From Octopus bimaculoides (lineage: Eukaryota): DNA of 64,000 nucleotides. Shown here piece by piece: positions 53,951 to 64,000 of the stretch. Each line of letters opens with the position of its first letter. Within the stretch, counting starts at the first letter, position 1. The notes under the pieces were generated by a model. The model was not told where the DNA came from, made no database searches, and saw only the letters and a program-made list of their open reading frames with translations. The DNA lies in assembly GCF_001194135.2 (NCBI RefSeq), contig NC_068983.1, positions 33,950,178-34,014,177 on the forward strand. Direction: 5' to 3'. Both the position numbers and the translations under genes were made by a program.

Positions 53951-54334
53951 AGTGGTAACTTCTTCCTGAAAAATTCATTTGGTGGAGCAAGCACACGCGT
54001 ACGTTTTCGCGTGTGGTATGTTGAGATGTGTGCTTGCTGTAGTGAGCATACATGCATCTGTTTGTGTGTCTTTGTGTATGTATGTGCGTGTGAGTGTCAA
54101 TGTATTTATAAATGTATGGGGAATTGAGTGTATAATAACATGAATGGCAAGCTTAGTGTATGCAAATGCGAATGTCCGTTTCATACAACGAGCACGGTGT
54201 CTATCAATGCTCTTCGGGATAAGTACATCTGTGTGTTTGTGTGTTCTTATGTGTGTTTTACATGTTGGGTTTGTGAGTATATGTAATGATTACACCGAAT
54301 GTATGTCAATGTGTGTGTGTGTGTGTGTGTGTGT

Positions 54335-54424
54335 ACTTAAAACAAACTCGAAATATAAGTAAATGACTGTGTGTTTATTCGTTTCCCATTGTGAATGAAT
54401 TTTGGAGTGTATATGACAGCCTGA

Positions 54425-54480
<56 letters not shown>

Positions 54481-54566
54481 AAAACAAACTCGAAATATAA
54501 GTAAATGACTGTGTGTTTATTCGTTTCCCATTGTGAATGAATTTTGGAGTGTATATGACAGCCTGA

Positions 54567-54569
<3 letters not shown>
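54335..54569. repeat. Exact 93-bp tandem duplication separated and flanked by (TG)n
   Basis: 54335-54427 equals 54477-54569 (acttaaaacaaactcg...cagcctgaata). Confidence 0.95.
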
Positions 54570-54620
<51 letters not shown>

Positions 54621-54641
54621 ATGTATGTATGTATGTATGTA

Positions 54642-54678
<37 letters not shown>

Positions 54679-56327
54679 ATATATATATCAGCTTGTGTAT
54701 ATAAGTATATTTTTGAATGTGTATGCCGTTATGTGTGTGAGTTTGTGTATGTATGACTATGATACGGATAAATGTGAATATATGATTTTGCTTAAAAATA
54801 GAAACGGAGTGGAGAGGGATGATGGAGGGAAAACACTCGACGAGTGTTTCAAGTGGAGCTTTTAAGAGGATAGATTTTGTGCAACAAAATATTCGGACTG
54901 ATCATATGTTATTAAATCTATGAAATGAATGCGTGTGTATGCAAGTATATACACACACATATGTAAATTCAAACACACAAACGCATAGTCATAAGTGTTT
55001 GCGTATATGAATGAGTGAGTTAAGATTTACAACTATCAAAAAAAGACAAACCTAACCGTTTTCGTTTTGTGTTCACGGACACATACCAAGAGAATTTATA
55101 GTGTATGTTGTGTAATTCTTGACTATATAGTCTTTTCTTACAGTTTACACTTTAATTAGTTATTGAGACTTGTTTTTCTTTTTCTTATTTTGTCCTTGCT
55201 TCTAAAAGTTTATCTTTCTTAATTCACGGAATTCTTTGTCATTTGCCAGTTCCAAAATGTTTCTACAGTAGTCACTACAGATTAGTGTGTCGTTTGGTCA
55301 GTTTCCCATTCCTGAAAGTAAACAGATGAAAAGAGGTGAAAGTAGAAATAATATTGATAAAAGATATCTAGTTAAAATTACAGACATAGAAATATGTATG
55401 GTATCGTGGAATGGTATCTTGTACAAACGCTCTCGCATGACCACACACTCTCTCCTTCTTTCACGTCCTTTGTTTCGTCACTATCTCTCTATCAATATCT
55501 TAGTTTTTTTCTACATTCATACATATATGTGTAAATATATATACATTCCTACATATGTGTAAATCTCATATACACATACACACATACATACATGCATGCA
55601 TACATACATACATACATACATGCATGCATACATATATACATACATACATGTGTGAACATGTGTGAACGTGTTTGTATATATGCATACACGTATGTATATT
55701 GATGTATATTCTTGTTATAAAGAAAAAACAAACAAAATGAGAAAACAAGAATTCAGGCGAGTGTACGCAATATCTAGAATAGAATCATTTGTTTTTTTAG
55801 GCGATGGATCTCACAAAAATCATGTTTCCTACTCTCAGACAAATACTTAACAATAAAAAAAATACAAACAAGGGGGAATCATATCATCTAAATGCACTCA
55901 TATAAATATATCCTGATATATCGCCATATGTCTGTAACTATCATACATGGATCATATGTATGTATACATGTATATGCATATATATTGATATGTATATGTG
56001 TTTACGCATATGTAGATATAGTATATAAATATAAGATACATACATAGTGCATATATGTATTATAAGTAATTCAAAATATTCATTTTATTTTATATATAGT
56101 TGTGTATGATATGAATATTTTATACTATATGATATATAAATATATATATGCATAGATGCACAATCACACATGCACATGCACAGACACAAATATATATATA
56201 TATATATTGAATTATTATACACATACATATACATATATGTGTATGTGTATATATATATACATAGATTGACCGTTGACTGAACACTATTCAATTTTTTTTC
56301 TCCGTGTTTTTCTCCTTGTCTCCGTAT

Positions 56328-56364
56328 TCTTTCTGTTGAAGAGCGTAGCTCGAAACGTCAAAGA
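56328..56364 (+). ncRNA. Type I minimal hammerhead-ribozyme-like motif (A6U core variant) within a ~160-bp repeat
   Basis: UCUUU / CUGUUGA-A / GAGC-GUA-GCUC / GAAA / CG / UC | AAAGA: stems I and II pair perfectly and stem III is the palindrome ACGU. Confidence 0.6.
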
Positions 56365-57004
56365 CTTTCCGTATTCCCGAGCGTCATACTAATATATACT
56401 TTTGTTATTTACACCACCTGTCCTCGTCTGTTGTTATTTTTTGTATATTCTCCCATATATACATAGATGTGTGTGTAGTTTGTCTGTATGTGTGTATATA
56501 TGCATATATTATATGTATGTGAGTGTTAAAACGAGCGTTGTGTTTGAAAGAGGAGAAATGGTGTACGCGCGAAAGAAGTAGAAGACATGAAATCTAGAAA
56601 AAGATTAACTTCCTACAATTTCATGTGGTGGAAAAAATAAACAAAAATAGACAAAAGTAAAATGAAATAAAATAAAAAAATATATTGAAGCGTCTTGATA
56701 TATTGAAGTGTTGGTTTACACGTGTCTTAACGAAAGCGTAAGTTCACTGCTTTCAAGACTAGTTTTCATCTTGTCTTTCTGACAGAAAAATATATCAGTG
56801 TTTCTAAGCACAAAAATATACAATCTATATACTCATAGCTTTATTCATCTCAAAGAATACGAAGAAGATGCAAGGCCAACAATGGTGTATTGCTCTGATA
56901 TTTGGATTAGTGTTGTTGCTGCACATACATATTAGATAACAGCTAGAAAAGGTCATCCGATTAGAACTATAAATATTTGAGATCAAGAATTTATATACAT
57001 ATAT

Positions 57005-57125
57005 ACTATTTGCATTGGTCACACTGGTCTCTCCATCTTGATTATTGCTTTCCCTACGTTTCAATTGTGTATTTTCCAGCCTTCTTCAGGTGTCTTGTGC
57101 TTTGCCTTGGAGTAAACTCAGAAAT
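57005..57125 (-). mobile_element. Second, diverged copy of the same head-hammerhead element in inverted orientation
   Basis: Minus strand ttctgagtttactcc...cacaagacac-CTGAAGA-AGGCTGG...GAAACGTA...caagatggagagaccagtgtgaccaatgcaaat aligns with 57270-57405. Confidence 0.55.
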
Positions 57126-57215
57126 ATAGAACTGCATTATGCAAGCAAAGCGGAGCCGACATAAGACATCAATGGAAGTTTATTAGCCTTAAAAAATTAC
57201 TCCTTCAATGTCTAC

Positions 57216-57410
57216 GGGTATCGCGTAGTAGATAAAGGCATTAGTTGACGCTGTGCAATCGTGTAGAGATTCTGAGTTCAACCCCAGGTGAAGCATTAAG
57301 TAGAATCACAAGACACCTGAAGAGAGCTGGGGCATCCAGCAGCTGAAATGTTGTTTGAAGGAACAATGAAGATTGAAGATACTAGTCCGACTAATGTAAA
57401 ATCATTCGAT
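57216..57410 (+). mobile_element. tRNA-like (Pol III) head fused to a hammerhead-like motif
   Basis: A-box-like gcgtagtagataaagg (about 57223-57238), B-box gagttcaacccc (57274-57285), CUGAAGA at 57317-57323, AGCUG/CAGCU stem II, GAAA at 57345-57348, then UGUU. Confidence 0.5.
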
Positions 57411-57445
57411 TAATTGTCTTTACAGACACGTTTTAACTACAAGAC

Positions 57446-57706
57446 CAGTGACTCTCAACCCCTTTTTCACTAGGGGACCCCTCTAATTCCTATCTTATTC
57501 GGATGGAGCCTCATAGACATTGCATGTTCAAAACGTTTATTACATTTTTATAATTAAACATTATCAGGAATTTTATAAAAATGGTGTTAACATATTTTGT
57601 GTATTGAAGAAGTATAACCAATTTATTGCCCATAAACTTCAACAACAAAATGATATATATCCCACTCCCATCCAAGTGTGGTATGGATCCCGGTTGAGAA
57701 CCGCAG
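57446..57706. mobile_element. hAT (Charlie/Buster-like) MITE
   Basis: TIRs cagtgactctcaacc / ggttgagaaccgcag; 8-bp flanks tacaagac and cactagac match 6/8, the latter with the central TA. Confidence 0.75.
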
Positions 57707-60294
57707 CACTAGACTACGGGCATGCACTCTCCTCCCTCCTACGATGAATTTCTAGTACTCCTATAATGACGTCTGCTTATTGGAGCTACATTGACTCATA
57801 ATACTTCCGCTCAGCAAACCACGATCCACTCAGCTCTTCTTTCATTAACCGAGATTTCATGCTCCTTCCCTTCACACATGCACAAACACACAACACGCAC
57901 TTATCCTTACGCCCAATCTCTACTTCCTGGAGCGCTGGTCATCAGGAAGACCTTTGCTGCTGATACCTCTCCGGCAGGTTTTGACTGACGAAGTTCAAAG
58001 ATGAACATTAATGTCTTCAATCTAGAAGTGATTGCAAACGCTCTGGTCATTTCCTCCTTTCCCCCAGACCCAATAAAAAAGCAAAAACGTATAAGGTATG
58101 CCTGCAAAACCATATAAGGTCTACGTGTATGATATTCGAATGATTTCGCACTTATATCTACTCTATCGGTCGACTTCATTTATTCTCACTTTGTAGTCTG
58201 CTTTCAGCTTAAGTAAAAATATTGAAGACACTTCCTAACATCTACACTCATTATGATCGATTAACCCTTTGAGGAAACGCTTCCAGCCGTTACCATCTTG
58301 ATTTTATAATTTGTATGTGATGGATTATATTTGTACGTGTGTTTGAGAGTGTTCGGTAACAAAACTGCTGTTCAGACCGTAATCAGTAGATCTTTAATCG
58401 AACGTTTTGCAGCCATAAAGAAACTGACTCTTCTGTATCATACGTAGTCTACTTAAGACAAGAAAAGAATGGCGTTCTTAATACAAAACCAATATGGAGA
58501 AATTTTATAGAGGTTTTGTTGCTATTTCCAGTATGTCACGACACTGCATCAACTGACGTTCCATATGTTCATTTAATTGTTCACGATAATCATATTTTAA
58601 TGTTCTATGCTGTGTGTGTTTCGGAGTGAATTAGTGGATGGAAAGATTAGGACGGAACCGGTTTTGGTGGAAACGGCATTTAAAAATAGTCTTGTGTACT
58701 TAGCTTTGACTTTGTGGACGTGTTTTACAATCTGGTCAAAGTTTAAGAAAACATAAATTCCGGGCACCTATGGCAAGTCAAATCTGTTCCAGCCTCGTAC
58801 CAGCCGAAGCCTTGTGAGGTGGTTCATTAGACAGAAACTGAAAGACGCCCGTCGTATATATATAATATAATATGATATAATATGATATAATATAATATGA
58901 TTTACATATGCGTGTGTGTATGTGCGTGTATGCATGTCTGTGGTTGTGTTTGTTCCACCACCAACGCTCTTGACCACCAGAGTTAATTTGTTTACATTTC
59001 TGTAACGTAGCTGTTCGGAAAAAGTATATATATATATATATATATATNNNNNNNNNNNNNNNNNNNNNNNNNNNNNNNNNNNNNNNNNNNNNNNNNNNNN
59101 NNNNNNNNNNNNNNNNNNNNNNNNNNNNNNNNNNNNNNNNNNNNNNNNNNNNNNNNNNNNNNNNNNNNNNNNNNNNNNNNNNNNNNNNNNNNNNNNNNNN
59201 NNNNNNNNNNNNNNNNNNNNNNNNNNNNNNNATATATATATATATATATGTATGTATGTATATATGTATGTATGTATGTATGTATAAACACACATGCACA
59301 ACTGTTATACTCAGACAAAAATACTCTCACATTTGTACAAACACACAAAAAAAAAAAAAAAAATCCCGACTTGCCGACATATTTAGAATTTATTTCTAAT
59401 TTTCAGAACAAGGAATATTGATGCATTACACGATCGAACTTTATGATTTATTTTCATTCTTCTGATTTCATCCCTTTACGTTCTGTCTTCGAATGAAACT
59501 GACCAAATCTTTTTATATCCAGCAGGTTTTGCGGAATAGGTCGCCCGATACGGATACCGGAAATTATTATATCGTCTGTAGTTTTCCATCAAAATTTGCG
59601 ATTTATTTTTATTACTAACGTTAAAAGTGAAAATTGTGAAAGAGATCGATCACCACAAATAGGCAACCTAAATGCATTAGAGTATTCAGTTTATTCCTTG
59701 TCTATTTAGTAAGACAAGTTCTTCCTTCTTCTCCATCTAAACACACAAACACGCATGCACATGCGCAACTAGGTGCTTCATCCACTTCTGTAAGATAATT
59801 AGAATCCATGCAATCGACCATAACCACTCCACAACATAAACTGTGATATTGTCTTGGTAAAAACAAAAGCTAAACATAAATTTCATTTCTTTTTGTTTTG
59901 AGAATGCGTGTTAGCCATGGTTGCTAAGCAACGTGCTTTTGTTTTGCTTTGTTTTGTTTACTATAATCGTTGATATGTGAAGTGTAGTTACATTTAGAGT
60001 GAATGATATGCAAACTTTGAACATGTCTGTTTGAGTGTGAATGCGGGTATATGTGCATGTGTATGTGTGTCTGTGTGTCCGTGTTTGTCTTTGTGTCTGT
60101 GTGCGTTTCTCTATGCAGACCAGCAAGGTTTTATGTTTTCTGACAGTTTACAAATATTGATGAACTCGAAGTGAATATTGAAAATCTTGGTGATTGATGT
60201 TTAGGAAATAAGCATTTTTTAAGGATCCATTGAAGAAAATACACCGAGCGGAATTCGGCAACCAGGACACGGGAGAGAAATCAAGACAATACTT

Positions 60295-60863
60295 TCTAAT
60301 TTAGGCACAAGACCAGCAGTTGTAAGGGGTGATGCTTGGTCGATACCATTAATCTCAGTACTAGTCTGAGACATTTTTATTGCTCTAAACTGTTGAAAGG
60401 CTAAGTCAACCTCCGCGGAATTTGAACTCGGAACATAATGGAACGGAACAACTGCAGCTGATGCTCTAATTATGATTTCAAATTTTGGACAACGCCAGAA
60501 ATTGGGGTGGGGGGCGTCGATTACATCGACCCCAGTCATAAAAATTAGTGGTACCAATTTTATCAACCCTGTAAGAATGAAAGGCAAAGTTGATCTCGGC
60601 AGAATTTGAACTGAGAACGAACAGACAGACGAAGTATTAAGCATCTTATCCAGCATCTTAACAATTCTCTACTAATCCCTTTTTACTTGGGGAAGGGATT
60701 AAAGTAATTATATCGATTTCAGTGTGTAACTGGTACTTATTTAATCGATCGCGACAGGATGAAAAGCAAAGTAGACCCCGGCGGAATTTGAACTCAGAAC
60801 GTAGCAGTAATACCGCTCAGCATTTCGTCCGGCGTGCTAACGATTCTACCAGCTTGCCGCCTT
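60295..60863 (-). mobile_element. Head-to-tail array of three SINE family B copies
   Basis: gaatttgaact signature at about 60418, 60603 and 60784, each with matching flanks. Confidence 0.8.
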
Positions 60864-61489
60864 ACAAATCTCTAATAACGAAAGCTGTTTATAACAAGTG
60901 GGTCTGAGTAATGGAAATACATAGGTAACTGCTTCAAAGGAGATGCAGCTGCTGTGATGTTGACAGAAGAGACAAAGACACATCCCATCGATGTAGCAGT
61001 AGCTGCATCATATTGTGTGAGAAATTTTAGTTAAGACTTTGTCAGTGTTATTTGGACACAGTCCAGAATTTTATAATGTATAATTACTGCGCCTTTCCGG
61101 ATAATTGAAAACGGGACACTTGAGGGTTTTGGCATGTCACATCCTACTTAGGGCTGAAATGTAGAGAATGTTTTTCTGCTATTAAACTTTCTCTTTTGCA
61201 TGAAATCCTAGCTTGATTATAAAACATTAATAAATCATATAATTATCCGGATTATATCTGTATCAGCGCAGTAATTGATATTCACTAAAGTGTATCGCTG
61301 ATCTAAAATTGTGAAATTTCCTTCCTATTTTGCTTCCTCTTCTCCCTTCCTCTATCTTGAAAAAGGACAAACATTCGAAACGTCAGTTTCTTCATCTTTC
61401 CATTCTTCATTTTCGGTATCTCGGAAACGACAAACTCTGATATAATGACTTCCTGCTGATAATATTTTTGTTTATTACAGGAAATATTA

Positions 61490-61930
61490 ATACTGGTTTC
61501 AAATTCTGGCGCAGAGCTAGCATTTCGGGTTATGGGTGAAATCGATGAAATCGACAGCGGTTCTCAAACTGCTATTTATTTTTACCGACCTCGAATGTAT
61601 GAAAGGTAAAGTCGACCCCGGCAGAATTTGAACGTAATGATGGATGCAAAGCCCCTAAGCATTTTGCCTCGCAAGCTACCGGCCCTTCTAGCTTGTCCCC
61701 TGGAGTAACAAGTATTTGTTTCAAATATTTGGCACAAAACCAGAAATTTCGGAGGAGAGGGCAAGTCGTTTAGATCGGCTCCAGTGTTCAACTAGTATTT
61801 ATTTTGTCCACCTCAAAACGGTAAAAGTTAAAATTGACCTCGGCGGAATCAGTCCTCAGAACGTAAAGGCAGTCGAGATGCCGTTTAGCATTTTGTCTGG
61901 CGTAGTAACGATTCTGCCAGCTCACCTCCT
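61490..61930 (-). mobile_element. Two tandem SINE family B copies
   Basis: gtatgaaaggtaaagtcgaccccggcagaatttgaac and gacctcggcggaatc...cagaacgtaaagg...ttctgccagctcacc. Confidence 0.75.
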
Positions 61931-62399
61931 TAAAAGAAAGCATAAGCATTTAAACTTATTAAATATTTTTATAATATTGTTTTATATTGTTATTTATCTG
62001 TTTAATATTTTCTTTGCGATATTTTCATTCATTCCCTCTAATCCAGCGATTCCTTCAATAATAAGATTGCTTGTTTGCATCAGAAATTTTGTTAAAGGGA
62101 ATATCCGGTTAAATTAGCCACACAACATGTTTATTCACTGCAGAAGAGTGAAAGGTGATCCCGGCAGAATTTTTACTCATGACGGAAAATTAATATTATG
62201 TTCTTCTATTAGAGTTAATTCACTGACCAAGTTCTAAGTTCAGCCGAAAGCTAAACGAAAAACAAACCTAGACATCATCCACCGTATCTTTCTCCTCCTC
62301 ATCTCCCTCATCATCTGTAGCAGCAGTTAAAGAAAAACAAATGCAGGCATCGACATCAAATTCATCATCATTATCATTAATTTCATAATAATAATAACC

Positions 62400-62455
<56 letters not shown>

Positions 62456-62965
62456 CTGCAGAATGTTGTCATCGCCATCACAATCGCCATCTGATTGTAG
62501 CACGGCAGCGATTACCCAATTTCCCCGTCTCCACCAACGATACTGCAGTCGACGTTGTCGTGCTTCCGACGACCTATTTTTTTTTTTTTTTGCCTCATTG
62601 ACATTGTAAACATTTTAAGAATTCTAAAACAGATTTTTGAAGATTAAGATAATCTGGAACAGTTCATCCAACCCTCCCCTATGAAGAGTTCGTATTATTT
62701 CTGTTATTTTAATTTTCTTTTTTTTTTTCCTCATACAGAAAACATGAGTGTGTATTTTGTTTAGGGACAAACTTCATCAGTTTTCTAAATTCCTATACGC
62801 ACAGACACGTGCTCGCACACCCTGATAGGCACGCATACATATACATACACGTTCAGAAAAAACTTAAATGCATTAAGAAAACACTTGGACGTTCATTCAT
62901 ACTCACACATATTCAGGCACACAACTCGATATAAGAACACAATTGTACCAATGCAAGTTCATGTA

Positions 62966-63023
<58 letters not shown>

Positions 63024-63052
63024 AATAAATAAATGAATAAATAAATAAATAG

Positions 63053-63130
63053 ATATTCTGTTAAGGAGCGTAGGCTTGAAACGTAAAAGACATTTTCATT
63101 TTTTCCGAGCGTCAAACTAATACACCTGCT
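63053..63130 (+). repeat. Degenerate copy of the 56328 hammerhead-like repeat, running into a gap
   Basis: ctgttaaggagcgtaggcttgaaacgtaaaagac...ccgagcgtcaaactaatacacctgct. Confidence 0.7.
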
Positions 63131-63276
63131 NNNNNNNNNNNNNNNNNNNNNNNNNNNNNNNNNNNNNNNNNNNNNNNNNNNNNNNNNNNNNNNNNNNNNN
63201 NNNNNNNNNNNNNNNNNNNNNNNNNNNNNNNNNNNNNNNNNNNNNNNNATATATATATACGTGTGTGTGTGTAATG

Positions 63277-63315
<39 letters not shown>

Positions 63316-64000
63316 ATATATATACATATATATATGTAAAGGTGTATGTATGTGCGTGTGCGTGTATATCTGCGTCTAGGTCTGTAGTGAGAGAGAGAGA
63401 GAGTGAGAGTGAGAGAGACGCAGATGCATCCATATACATATACATATACTACTGCAAATCCGCACACTAAAATGAATACATGCGCATGGAATCACATTGC
63501 ATAGCACTTAACATTGCACACGCTTAATCTCCAAAATTTTACACACAGATGCATACACACGTGTGTATATATATGCGTGTGCGTGTGTGTCTATGGATTT
63601 CTGTATACATATATGTGCAGAAGCTGTAGCGAGCCCTCAAAGGAACAATACGTTATATTATACAAAGCATTATGATCGTTTATTAGGTAGCTTATGAACG
63701 ATCCTTGGAGTGTTGGCTGTCAGTTTACCAAAATTAATGGTATTTGGAGTTGAAATAATGAATTCTACTACAGGTAATGCTATTGCTGCTGCCACTGCTG
63801 TTGCTTTACTGAGGATGATGATGATGACTAGAAGGAGGAGGAGGAAGAAACTTTAACAGGAGGCGGAGTTAAAAAGAAGTGTTGGAGGACGAGAAGGACG
63901 TCGTGACGATAATAATAATGATGCTTTCTTTCATAGATACAAAGTCTTAAATACGAGTGCGGAGAATAATCATAGCTCGAAAAGAACCAACACTTCACTG

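Noticed and set aside
53551-54057. His-rich and Ser-rich ORFs upstream of the gene
   Set aside because: Products of a degenerate CAT/CAC/GAT triplet tract; equivalent ORFs arise at every such tract in the window.
60295-60863. Regularly spaced similar sequences resembling a CRISPR array
   Set aside because: Units are 150-200-bp SINE copies in eukaryotic DNA, without short repeat/unique spacer structure or cas genes.

Overview
AT-rich, microsatellite- and transposon-dense animal genomic DNA with 18 N gaps (about 6.2 kb). The repeat repertoire suggests an octopod cephalopod (inference). I find one host coding segment: the first coding exon (52647-53264, minus strand, 206 codons) of a metabotropic glutamate receptor with group III-type signature residues. 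It ends at a canonical phase-0 GTAAGT donor, so positions 1-52646 appear to lie in one very long intron; I found no second exon outside the gaps. The rest is decayed mobile DNA: CR1/L2-type and RTE-type LINE remnants, an R4/Dong-type RLE retrotransposon fragment, a near full-length mariner, Tc1/mariner, hAT and foldback MITEs, and at least four tRNA-derived SINE families. The most interesting unexplained signal is a set of about eight type I minimal hammerhead-ribozyme-like motifs from several unrelated repeat families. One keeps all three stems but has a family-wide A6U core variant, one sits directly behind a tRNA-like Pol III head, and almost all are antisense to the mGluR gene. All alignments and folds were done by eye and need computational and biochemical checks.
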